Origin: an uncultured virus (IMG/VR IMGVR_UViG_3300020465_000007)
Taxonomy: Duplodnaviria > Heunggongvirae > Uroviricota > Caudoviricetes
IMG/VR virus record: IMGVR_UViG_3300020465_000007
Strand: one strand, 5' to 3'
Length of the DNA: 64,000 nt
The notes under the pieces are model-generated. The model did no database searches, was not told where the DNA came from, and saw only the letters and a program-made list of their open reading frames with translations. Within the stretch, counting starts at the first letter, position 1. Each line of letters opens with the position of its first letter. Both the position numbers and the translations under genes were made by a program. Shown here piece after piece: positions 30,086 to 40,600 of the stretch.

Positions 30086-33000
30086 TGGCAGATTATATCA
30101 TATCAGGTTCCGCGGTATCAACAGGTTCGTTTGGACATGGATATTTTAACAGTAAAGTCGGCATCGGAGAAACAAGTCCTGATGAATTATTACATATTAA
30201 ATCAGCCGTAGATGCTAAACCAGTAATAAAATTGGAAAACTCAGGAAATAATTCAAATAGTCCACAATTAGTATTTTTTAATAGTAGTACTGCAAACGAT
30301 AATGATATTACAGGAACTATAAGACTTAAATTAAATAATGATGCCTCCGAGGAAACAGAGTATGCGACAATTTATGGTAGGGCTATAGATGTTTCAAATG
30401 GTACGGAGGATGGAGAATTACATTTTAGAACGATAAATGGTGGTAATTTAAATACTACAATGCTTTTACAATCAGGTAATGTCGGCATCGGGACCACAAA
30501 CCCTGGTGCTAAACTTCACATTAACGGTGGAGCTTGGAATACTTCATTAATAATACAATCAAATGCAGGTTCAGGTGGAATAAAATTTTTAGATAGTGAT
30601 AATAATTTTGACGGAGCTGTTTATGCCGTCAGTAGTATGATAGGTTTCTTAGATCCAGGTGGTGACTGGATGTTAAAGGCTGTTAATGATAGTCATATAA
30701 GTTTTCATACAAACGGTGCAACTGAGCACATGAGAATTACAAGTACAGGCAATGTCGGCATCGGAACAAATAATCCTGATGGAACACTTCATGTTCATAC
30801 TGCAACTGCAGGTTCTATTACTGCTAATACTACTTATGATGATTTAGTTATAGAAAATAGCACACATGCTGGTATATCAATTTTAACACCCAATAATGCA
30901 CATGGTGGTATTTTATTTGGTGATCCACAAGATGATGATATTGGAAATATAAAGTACGATCACTCTACAAATAAATTAATGTTTACTGCTGCTGCGACTT
31001 CAAATCCTGGTTTTTCAATGACTAGTAATACTGTAGAATTTGGGGCTGATATATTAAAGGTGAGTGGTTCATTAACCTCAACTGGTTCGTTTGGAAGAAT
31101 TTATGCAGGTGGAAATATAGTATTTAATGGTGCTTCAAACAAAATATACACATATCATTTAAATAATGCTAACTATATTGATGCTAAAAACTTTCAAGCT
31201 AATACCTCATCAGACATAAATTTTCAAAATGCCGTAGGTCCTGCTAATATAGTTTCTGTTGGAAATGTTGTAAGGTTAAAATCAAAAGGTTCTACTCCGT
31301 TAGTTGCTAGTGGAAGTTTTATTGGCATAGGAATAGCGACACCTACTCACACACTCCACTCAATTTCTACTGATAATAAAGGATTCTTTTTCTATAAAAA
31401 TCTTGGAAATAACGCCGATACATTAAACGAGTTTAGTTCGTATTACTCTCTGTCTATTTTAAACAGAAATGCTGGTTCATATCTTAATTTTGGTGGTGAT
31501 GCTAATAGAACAGATATACAAGCTACAGATGGAGCTGGTTCAGCTACAGCAAAAATATTAGCTTTAAATCCATTTGGTGGCAATGTCGGCATCGGAGTTA
31601 CAAATCCAGATGATTATAATGAATATGGACATAGGTTGGTTGTTAAAGATTCTGTAAATGCTGGTATTTCAATAATTTCAGATACAAATGGTGATGGTAG
31701 TTTATATTTTGGTGATGGAACTGGAGCAGCTACTTATAGAGGTTGGTTGGGATATAATCATGCTAACGATTCAATGTCAGTTGGTACTGCAGCTGCTGAA
31801 AGAATTAGAATTACTAATGGAGGCAATGTCGGCATCGGTGGTACAACTCCAGGTGCAAAATTAGAAGTTTATGGTGATGGTGCTGCACTAAATCAAATAA
31901 GATTAAGGCATAATGGTTCAGGAACTAATGGAGTGTTAGACCTTAGTGCTACTTCCACAGCTGCAAATATAATAGCAAATTACTCAAGCACAGCGATTCC
32001 ACTAAGATTTTTTACAGGTGCCGCAGAAAAGATGCAAATATCTGCTACAGGAAAAGTTGGCATCGGGGAAACCAGTCCAGACAAAGAGCTTCATTTAAAA
32101 GCAAGTGAACCAACCTTTAGAATTGAACAAACAGCAGAGGCTAATAAATATTTTGATATGCAAGTTAATACAGGTGGTGGAACAAGTAGATTAAAATTTA
32201 GTTCTGAAGCACAATCCAATACACTTGTTATTAGTAATAATGCGAGGGTGGGTATAAATCAAGTCTCAGCAGCAGAAGCCTTAGATGTGGTTGGTAATAG
32301 TTTAATATCAGGAAACTTAACTGTAGGTGGTAATTTAACTGCAAAACAATTAATAGTAAGTTCTTCTGTAACCAATATGACAGTTGCTCAAGCAAGTGGT
32401 AGTACAAAATTTGGTGATACTGTTTCTCTTGATACACACCAATTTAGTGGTTCACTAAAAGTTACTGGTTCAATAACATTAAATGGAAGTGCTGTAACCT
32501 CTGGTGGTGGTGGTGGTTCAAGTGTTTGGTCAGAAGCTTCAAGTGAGGCATATTATACTGGAAGAGTGGGTATTGGTACAAATAATCCAGATAATTCCAG
32601 AAGATTACATATTCGTAATACGGATGATACTCGTGGAATATTAATTGAAAATACAAGTGCTACAAGTTATTCTGAATTACATTTGAAGGCCAATAGAGAA
32701 TATAGAATAGGTACAGGTGGTTCTAGTGCAGCTGCTGCAGCAGTAGATAGATTTTATATATATGATGCTACAGCTGCAGCTCATAGATTTACAATAATGA
32801 GTTCAGGCAATGTCGGCATCGGAAGTACAACTCCAGGTTATCCTTTAGATGTTAATGGTGTAATTGCTTCAACAGCTGCAGTTGGTGTATTTAGATTAGT
32901 TGGTACATCAAGTGGAAGAGTTTATGACATAAAATCAAATGCTGGTCGTTTTGAAATTAGAGATGTGGATAATGGTCAAGATAGGTTAATTGTTGGTACA

Positions 33001-34791
33001 AATGGAAATGTCGGGATAGGTGATGGTTTATTAACACCAGCTGGAAAATTAGATGTTAGAGGAACTGTTACAGCTAGTATGTTCCATGCAAATGCAAGTG
33101 CTGATGCTGGTTCACCTGAATATTCATTTGGAACTGATCCAGATACAGGTATGTATTGGGGTGGTGCAAATGTTCTTGCATTCTCAACTGCTGGAACGGT
33201 AAGGTTTACATTAAATTCTTCAGCATTATCATCACAGGTAACTGGTGGTGCTAGAATGGTGCCTGCGAACGGAAGTGCAGCTGCTGCTACATTTACATTT
33301 AATGATGATCCAGATACAGGTATGTATAGGGCAGGTGCAAATGATATTGGATTTACAACTGGTGGAACTGAAAGATTTAGAATAGATAGTAGTGGTAATT
33401 TAATAATACGAGCTAATGATAAACATTTATATGGATTGACAAGTGGTAATGCCACAATACAGCTAATCGGTGTCAGAGGTGACAATTATGTTGAAATAGG
33501 TCATAGTGGTTATGGTGTAGTAACTGGTACTGGTAATTGGGCATTAGATGGTTCTGATAATATGACTGTTAATGCAAATGCATATTTTGCTCAATATCTA
33601 TATCATAGTGGAGATACCGACACATATATGCAATTTTTAGATGATAGGTTGTTATTATACGCTGGTGGTGATGAAATACTTGATTACGAAGAAGGAGCAA
33701 GTAGTATATTACAGATAGCAAATGGTGGGGAAGCTGATATAAGTATCGGTGGTGGTAATATGTTTATCGGTGGTTCACAAGGAAGTTACGATGCTAAAGT
33801 CGGTATCGGAAATTCAAGTCCTGGTTCTACATTAGATGTTACTGGTGAAGTAAGAGGTCAAAAATACGCATTTAACGATGATACAAACACACATATAGAT
33901 ACATTTGCCGCAGACCAAATAGGATTTACATTGGGTGGAAATAGTGCAGTAAGATGGGCATTTGTTGCTGGTGCAGTAACACAACAATTTATGTATGGAG
34001 CATCTGCTACTTATCCAAGCTATACATTCCAAAGTGACCAAGATACTGGAATGTTTAATGCCACCTCAAATACTATTGGATTTTCAACAGGTGGTAGTGA
34101 AAAAATGCGTATTGATGCTTCAGGTAATGTCGGCATCGGAAATTCAAGTCCTGATGTAAAACTTCATGTTAATGGTATAATTCGTTCTTATGGTGGAAGT
34201 GGTGGTGTTCATATTTATGGTGCTGGTATGTTTTATTTAGAAAATTCTAATCGTATCCAATGGGGAAATACTGTTAGGATTGAATCAAATGGACAAGGTA
34301 CAGTAAGAGTCTATGGTCATACAGATGCTACTAAAGGAGAAGTACAATATGGTAATGGTGGGGCTTATATTGCTGCAAATGGAGCTAATCTCGGTGTGGG
34401 TACAAGAACTGCGAGTACAACTTTAGCTGTTAATGGTTCATTTTCCGCAACATCTAAATCATTTTTAATTGACCATCCAACCAAAGAAGGTAAAAAACTA
34501 CAATATGGTTCATTGGAGGGACCTGAAAATGGTGTTTATGTAAGAGGTAAATTTCAAGGTGGAAAATACCAAGATAATATTATTGATTTACCAGATTATT
34601 GGGTTGGATTAGTTGATGAGGATACCATAACAATTAATTTAACACCAGTTGGTAAATTCCAACAACTTTATGTAGAAGATATAAAAGATAATCAAATATT
34701 TATCAAATCCGCCGATGATAGTGAAATAAAATGTTTCTATACTATTTATGGTGAGAGAAAAGATATTGAAAAATTAGAAGTGGAGTTTTAA
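30085..34791 (+). CDS. Long tail fibre protein (1568 aa)
   Basis: About a dozen GxVGIG modules, DPDTGMY repeats, and a terminal KSFLIDHP...L.YGSLEGPENGVY.RG...LPDYW domain recalled from phage fibre C-termini. Confidence 0.83.
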   Translation: MADYIISGSAVSTGSFGHGYFNSKVGIGETSPDELLHIKSAVDAKPVIKLENSGNNSNSPQLVFFNSSTANDNDITGTIRLKLNNDASEETEYATIYGRAIDVSNGTEDGELHFRTINGGNLNTTMLLQSGNVGIGTTNPGAKLHINGGAWNTSLIIQSNAGSGGIKFLDSDNNFDGAVYAVSSMIGFLDPGGDWMLKAVNDSHISFHTNGATEHMRITSTGNVGIGTNNPDGTLHVHTATAGSITANTTYDDLVIENSTHAGISILTPNNAHGGILFGDPQDDDIGNIKYDHSTNKLMFTAAATSNPGFSMTSNTVEFGADILKVSGSLTSTGSFGRIYAGGNIVFNGASNKIYTYHLNNANYIDAKNFQANTSSDINFQNAVGPANIVSVGNVVRLKSKGSTPLVASGSFIGIGIATPTHTLHSISTDNKGFFFYKNLGNNADTLNEFSSYYSLSILNRNAGSYLNFGGDANRTDIQATDGAGSATAKILALNPFGGNVGIGVTNPDDYNEYGHRLVVKDSVNAGISIISDTNGDGSLYFGDGTGAATYRGWLGYNHANDSMSVGTAAAERIRITNGGNVGIGGTTPGAKLEVYGDGAALNQIRLRHNGSGTNGVLDLSATSTAANIIANYSSTAIPLRFFTGAAEKMQISATGKVGIGETSPDKELHLKASEPTFRIEQTAEANKYFDMQVNTGGGTSRLKFSSEAQSNTLVISNNARVGINQVSAAEALDVVGNSLISGNLTVGGNLTAKQLIVSSSVTNMTVAQASGSTKFGDTVSLDTHQFSGSLKVTGSITLNGSAVTSGGGGGSSVWSEASSEAYYTGRVGIGTNNPDNSRRLHIRNTDDTRGILIENTSATSYSELHLKANREYRIGTGGSSAAAAAVDRFYIYDATAAAHRFTIMSSGNVGIGSTTPGYPLDVNGVIASTAAVGVFRLVGTSSGRVYDIKSNAGRFEIRDVDNGQDRLIVGTNGNVGIGDGLLTPAGKLDVRGTVTASMFHANASADAGSPEYSFGTDPDTGMYWGGANVLAFSTAGTVRFTLNSSALSSQVTGGARMVPANGSAAAATFTFNDDPDTGMYRAGANDIGFTTGGTERFRIDSSGNLIIRANDKHLYGLTSGNATIQLIGVRGDNYVEIGHSGYGVVTGTGNWALDGSDNMTVNANAYFAQYLYHSGDTDTYMQFLDDRLLLYAGGDEILDYEEGASSILQIANGGEADISIGGGNMFIGGSQGSYDAKVGIGNSSPGSTLDVTGEVRGQKYAFNDDTNTHIDTFAADQIGFTLGGNSAVRWAFVAGAVTQQFMYGASATYPSYTFQSDQDTGMFNATSNTIGFSTGGSEKMRIDASGNVGIGNSSPDVKLHVNGIIRSYGGSGGVHIYGAGMFYLENSNRIQWGNTVRIESNGQGTVRVYGHTDATKGEVQYGNGGAYIAANGANLGVGTRTASTTLAVNGSFSATSKSFLIDHPTKEGKKLQYGSLEGPENGVYVRGKFQGGKYQDNIIDLPDYWVGLVDEDTITINLTPVGKFQQLYVEDIKDNQIFIKSADDSEIKCFYTIYGERKDIEKLEVEF

Positions 34792-34792
34792 T

Positions 34793-35461
34793 ATGGGAAT
34801 TTTAGTAGGAGAAAAGAAAATAGTTGGTAAAGGATTAGTATTTTGTGTAGATGCAAAAAATAAAAGAAGTTATGTTGGTAGTGGAACTAGTTGGTTTGAT
34901 TTAATTGGTTCTAACAATGGTACATTAACAAATGGTGCTGCATATAATAGTAACGGATATATGACCTTTGATGGAACTAATGATTTTTCCACACATGGTA
35001 ATAATAGTTCGGTTCAATTTACCAATAACTTTTCTGCAGAAATTTGGGTAAGACCACATGCTGTAGATCAAGATACTACGATTTTTAGTAGAGATAATGG
35101 TTCAAATAGACAATGGTGGATTTTCTTACAAAATAATGAATCAATTTGGTTTAGTGTAGAAGATGTGGGAAATGCACAATCACCAACAGGACTGTATACT
35201 GCTAATACTTGGTTTCACATCTGTGGAACTTACAATGGTTCTTCTGTTATAAACTATGTAAATGGCACTGCAAGAACAACCACTAATGGTGTGAGTGGTA
35301 ATGTAAATAGTGGGGCAGCAGCATTAAATATTGGAAATAGAGACAATAACGATAGACACCTTGATGGTGATGTTGGATGTGCTCGTCTTTATAATAGGGC
35401 ATTATCTGCAGCAGAAGTATTACAAAATTTTAATGCTCAAAGAGCAAGATTCGGAATATAA
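34793..35461 (+). CDS. LamG/concanavalin A-like domain protein 1
   Basis: GLVFCVDA, FDGTND, W.HI.GTY.G, LYNRALSAAEV.QNF pattern. Confidence 0.82.
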   Translation: MGILVGEKKIVGKGLVFCVDAKNKRSYVGSGTSWFDLIGSNNGTLTNGAAYNSNGYMTFDGTNDFSTHGNNSSVQFTNNFSAEIWVRPHAVDQDTTIFSRDNGSNRQWWIFLQNNESIWFSVEDVGNAQSPTGLYTANTWFHICGTYNGSSVINYVNGTARTTTNGVSGNVNSGAAALNIGNRDNNDRHLDGDVGCARLYNRALSAAEVLQNFNAQRARFGI

Positions 35462-35462
35462 T

Positions 35463-36152
35463 ATGGGAATAAATTACGGACCACCACCAATAGTAGTAAA
35501 TGGATTATATTTTTGTGTAGATTTCTCGGATACACATTGTTATCCTGGTAGTGGAACAACTGCAAATGATTTGATAAGTGGAACAGCTGGTACTCTTTAT
35601 AATGGAGCATCAGTTGTTGATGGATGTGCGGTATTTGATGGAACTAATGATTATTTCGGTAATGGTGTTACAGTAACCACTGCACAATTATCAGCTGGAT
35701 ATACATTTGAGTTATGGGGTTTATGGGAAAATATTGAAGGTGGTAATGAAGATATGCACGGATTTCATACTGGTGGTACAGGTGGTAGGATGTATTTAGG
35801 TTGGTATCAAAATAAAATGATGTCGGGTACTGGCAGTAGTTATCAACAAATAAATTCCGTCACAGGAACAGATAATGCTTGGTGTCACATGGCACATACT
35901 CATGATGGTAGTGGTAATGTTGCAACATATTATAATGGAAGTTCAGTAGCTACTGCATCAGGAAGGTCTTATAGTTTAGGTCAAAGTCCTGCACCTTTAA
36001 CATTCGGTGGATATTTAGGTGGTAGTGGTCATGCTCCAAGCGGTGCTCAGGTTGATGGTAAGTTGGCTTGTTCTCATTGGTACACTAGAGCATTATCAGC
36101 ATCAGAAATATCACAAAACTTTAACGCTAAAAGAGGTAGGTTCGGAGTATAG
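35463..36152 (+). CDS. LamG/concanavalin A-like domain protein 2
   Basis: Start reassigned to ATG 35463 (MGINYG), which is paralogous to its neighbours and avoids overlap; YTRALSASEI.QNF. Confidence 0.8.
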   Translation: MGINYGPPPIVVNGLYFCVDFSDTHCYPGSGTTANDLISGTAGTLYNGASVVDGCAVFDGTNDYFGNGVTVTTAQLSAGYTFELWGLWENIEGGNEDMHGFHTGGTGGRMYLGWYQNKMMSGTGSSYQQINSVTGTDNAWCHMAHTHDGSGNVATYYNGSSVATASGRSYSLGQSPAPLTFGGYLGGSGHAPSGAQVDGKLACSHWYTRALSASEISQNFNAKRGRFGV

Positions 36153-36153
36153 T

Positions 36154-36858
36154 ATGGGAACACATTATTCACCACCAATAATACATGATGGATTAGTTTT
36201 TTGTGTAGATGCAGGAAATAGAAAAAGTTATCCTGGAAGTGGAACAACTTGGACTGATTTAGCTGGAACTAATGATGGAACAATATCTGGTGCTACATTT
36301 AGTGCAAATTTTGGTGGTATACTTAATTTTGATGGTACTAATGATATAGTTACTATTTCACCATCATCCTTTACTACACTTAACCAATTAAGTGTTTCAA
36401 TATGGTGTAGAGTTGAGTCATCTGGAGGTGGTTATCCTTGTTTAATAAGTGCTAGAAATGCCAGTACAGCTAATGACTATTCAACAGGCTTTAATATAGA
36501 TTTGGGTTCCGCTTCACAAACTAGTTTTAAGTTTCTTGCTGTTGAGGGTGCTGGTCAAGGTGGTTCTAGTGACCAAATGACAGATGATATAGCGTTTAAT
36601 AATTGGACACATATAATGGTCACAATAAGTGCAGATACCATAACAATGAAAATAAATAATAATGTACAAACTGATAGAAGTAGAACCAATTCAGCTATGG
36701 GGTTACAATATATAAATATAGGTGCTAGGTATTATAGTGGTACTAATAGGGGATATTTTGATGGAGATATTGCACTTATTCATCTTTACAATAGAGCTTT
36801 GACAGAGAGTGAACAATCACAAAATTTTAACGCACATAGAACAAGATTCGGAGTATAA
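36154..36858 (+). CDS. LamG/concanavalin A-like domain protein 3
   Basis: Start reassigned to ATG 36154 (MGTHYS) after SD GGAG; DGLVFCVDAGN..SYPGSGTTW.DL; LYNRALT. Confidence 0.82.
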   Translation: MGTHYSPPIIHDGLVFCVDAGNRKSYPGSGTTWTDLAGTNDGTISGATFSANFGGILNFDGTNDIVTISPSSFTTLNQLSVSIWCRVESSGGGYPCLISARNASTANDYSTGFNIDLGSASQTSFKFLAVEGAGQGGSSDQMTDDIAFNNWTHIMVTISADTITMKINNNVQTDRSRTNSAMGLQYINIGARYYSGTNRGYFDGDIALIHLYNRALTESEQSQNFNAHRTRFGV

Positions 36859-36860
36859 TT

Positions 36861-37547
36861 ATGGCTGGATTTAGTGGTGGTAGTATTCCTAGTCTTGGTT
36901 TAGAACAAATTTATGATAGGGATAATCACCTAAATGGTGCTGGTAGTAGTGGATATGGTAAATGTAGAGTTACATCATTAAGTTTACCTGGAAATCCATC
37001 TAGTTGGGCAGATAATATTACTGCATTGACTATTATTACTGTAATAAAAATTAACGGAAATGATAATGGTTATGCTTATCATCCTATTAACAAATGGAAT
37101 AGCTCACATGCAAATAATGCAAGTTTTATTTTATATCATTTTCAAAATTATCAAGGAACTAATCCAAATAGTGCAAACAGAATGACTTGGTATGGAAATA
37201 ATACAGCAAATGATGGAACTGGTTGGGGTGGTTTATGTGGTTCAGGTAACTATCATGCAACTCAAGGAAAAACACACATGATTATAGCACAATTTAACTC
37301 AACAGATGGTGGACAAATGTGGACAGGAACAGATGGTTCAATAAGTAAACATGGTGGAAGAGGTAGTAGTGGTGCTAGAGGTCAAACCACTTCAAACTCA
37401 ACTAGTTCAGCTTTAAATGTTTATGGACCAACCACTATTAATTCTATACAAGAACAATTATTTACTGCATTTTGGAGTAGAGAATTAACCGATACTGAAA
37501 TAGAACAAGTTTTTTTTGATAGCAAAAGAAGATTTAATATGGAATGA
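36861..37547 (+). CDS. Divergent LamG-like protein 4
   Basis: 228 aa, same size as neighbours; C-terminal FWSRELTDTEIEQVF...KRRF matches the family terminus. Confidence 0.6.
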   Translation: MAGFSGGSIPSLGLEQIYDRDNHLNGAGSSGYGKCRVTSLSLPGNPSSWADNITALTIITVIKINGNDNGYAYHPINKWNSSHANNASFILYHFQNYQGTNPNSANRMTWYGNNTANDGTGWGGLCGSGNYHATQGKTHMIIAQFNSTDGGQMWTGTDGSISKHGGRGSSGARGQTTSNSTSSALNVYGPTTINSIQEQLFTAFWSRELTDTEIEQVFFDSKRRFNME

Positions 37548-37562
37548 TTATTTGAAAATCAA

Positions 37563-37570
37563 ATATTTAT
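37563..37570 (+). promoter_or_regulatory. ATATTTAT putative late-promoter motif
   Basis: Intergenic, before the 3104 aa fibre gene. Confidence 0.5.
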
Positions 37571-37602
37571 TTATAACAATATAATAGTTTTGGAAGAAAA
37601 AT

Positions 37603-40600
37603 ATGGCTAAAGACATTCTAATTGTACCAGGTTCCTCTAATATACATTTTAGTGGATCAGCGGTCAATGATATAAAATTAGAAACACAAGATAGTGGAAG
37701 TGTTGCATTTACCTCTAATAGTGGTTCAATATTAACACTTACCAATAGTTTTACTGGTTCATTATTTAGTGTTGGCGATGTTAGTGGTGTGCCTATATTA
37801 GATGTCAATAGTGATGATACCGTTACATTAGGTCAATTTTCCTCTCCATTAAAAGTCTTTACAAATGCAAGTAGTCATACCATTATAAGTGGTTCAAGTA
37901 CTTCTACTGGTTCTTTTGGTAGGTTACAAGCAACCACAATAGCTGGTAATAGTCCATTAAATATAGAATCTCCAAATTTAACAGGCAATGTCGGCATCGG
38001 AGCAACTAGTCCTGCGACAGAGCTTCAAATTGGGGATTATACTGATGCAGCAGAAACAATAACAATTGCCACTTCAAATGAAGGAACAGGTAGAATAAAC
38101 TTTTACGATAACAACGCTACCGAAGGTGGTAGTATAAGGGTAGTTGGTGCAAGCTTAGGTTCTAAAATGCATTTTGCTAATCGTTGGAATGTAGATGTGG
38201 ATAGAGTTACATTTGACTTAATAACAGGTAAAGTCGGAATCGGGACCGCAAGTCCTTCATCAACCTTGCATGTAAAAAGTACATCTGCAGATGGATACAT
38301 TATTGCTGAATCATCTCATGCGGCTTCAAGTGGAATATTAGAAGCTAGGTCGGTTGCTAATAGAGATAGTTATGTGATGTTTAGAGAAGGAACATCTGTA
38401 AAGGCTCAAATATTCAATGATTCAAGTAATGATGCCTTAGTATTGACAGATGGTTCTAATTCAAATGTTATGCATATTAAAGGTGGAAAAATTGGTATTG
38501 GAACAGTAAGCCCAGCTACTAATTTTCATATCCACAATGCTAGTAGTTATGCACACATGCAACTTAGTAGACCTACAGATACAACAACAATTGGGTTTAT
38601 AGGATTTAAAAATAATACTGGTAATAATATTGCGATGATAGAGGGATTTAGTCATAATGCGACTGCTGGTAAGTTAATAATGGGTGTAAATGGCACAGCT
38701 AATGCTATAACAGTAGAGACAAGTGGTAATGTAACAATGCCGAAAAATTTAACTGTACTAGGTTCATTAACTGCACAAGAATTTATAACAGAATTGAACA
38801 CAACAACCATAATTGCCACAAGTGGTTCAACCAAATTTGGTAATACAAGTGATGATACACATCAAATGACTGGTTCATTAAAGGTAAGTGGTTCACTTAC
38901 TCTCCAAAATGGATTTAGTCTTACTCCAACTACAAGTAATTATGCACAATTAGGTGGTTGGTTGAATGTTGGTACTATTGGACTTTTTAGTGGTACAAAT
39001 GGTGCACACATATATCCAAATACTGCATCCGATTACGGTGCTTGGAGAATAAACGGATCTAAAGGTGGTTGGGGTGGTATAACATTTGAAGTGGGTGGTG
39101 TATATAATACATTAATGTCCAACGCATCTACTATGGGTTTTTACAATGATACAGATAATGAATGGATGATTTCTGCAAATAGAAATACTGATGTTAAGCT
39201 TTATTATAATGGAGTACAAAAACTTGCAACTTCAAGTACTGGAGCAACTGTTTCTGGAAATCTTAGGTTAGATGGTGGTGGAAACGCAAGTGATCCACTA
39301 CTCACAACTTTGTCCGATACAAATACAGGAATATACTTTCCAGGTTCTGGTAAGACTGGTGTAGGTGGTACTGGTGGTTTAGTAGTTGAAAATGGTGGTA
39401 CTTTTGGTGGCAATGTCGGCATCGGGACCGCAAGCCCAGCACAAAAATTTCATGTTTACGGAGCATCAGATACATTTCACAGAACCGACGCAGGTGCATC
39501 AAGTGGTATTCAATATCAATTGTGGCATGGTGGGACACAAACAGCAACTATTAATTCTAATACAACCAATATTTTTTCAATCCATGATGGTGCATTTGGT
39601 GGAACAAATGTTTTTAATATAAAAGACGGAGGCAATGTCGGTATCGGAGATGCCACACCAACAGAAGGAAAATTAGTAGTAGCTGGAACAGGTGCTTACA
39701 ATACTCCACCACTTCATATATCAATGACGGACTCGAGTGAGTGGAATCATTTTGTAAATATGGTTGATAGTAATCTTACTGCTGGTGAAAATGGAATTAT
39801 AGTTTTTGGACAAGAATTAGATAGTAAAAATGCAGCTTGGATTGGTTACAAACATAGGTCAGATCATGGTAATGATAATCAATTAACATTGGGATTTTGG
39901 GGTGCTAATAATTTAGTTAATATACTTCCTACTGGAAGAATGGGCATTGGAACAGAAACTCCTTCACAAGCACTTCATGTGGTGGGTAATATTGCAGTTG
40001 GTACTGGTGGAATTAAGCTATTAACCAATGGTCAACTCTTAGAATTTGGAGATGGTAATGTTCATATAGATAGGGCTGGTAATTCAATGAATCTTCATGC
40101 ATATGCAGGACACATTTTTTCAATAAATGGTAGTACTGCAATGACGATAGACAATTCTGGCCATCTTGGCATCGGGGCAACTCCATCAAACTTACTACAA
40201 GTAGGTTCTCATGTTCATGTAACAAGTGCAGGATTGGTTGGTATTGGTTTAGCCGCACCAGAAACAGATTTACACATTTCAAATACCTCACCAGCAGTAA
40301 GATTTACGGATGAAAATGTATCAAATCTAAAACATCAAATTATAGGTGGTGGAGATGCTGGATTAGAATATTCTGCAGACTTTAATAATGTAGCTGCTGG
40401 TTATCATAGATGGGATATTAGTGGTGCTGAAAAAATGAGATTGATTGAAAGTGGGGATCTTGGCATTGGAACAAGTGTACCATTAAACTGGTTACACATG
40501 GCACAATCAACTGGTGGTAGTCATTTTAATGAGGGTATTAGAATAGTTAGGGGTGAATTTGCAGGAAATGCTACACAATACTCTATAATAAACAATTATA

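Noticed and set aside
35331..36153. Track start sites 35331 and 36019 (also 52684 for the tube)
   Set aside because: The first two overlap upstream genes; downstream ATGs at 35463, 36154 and 52717 fit paralog N-termini and/or SD spacing.
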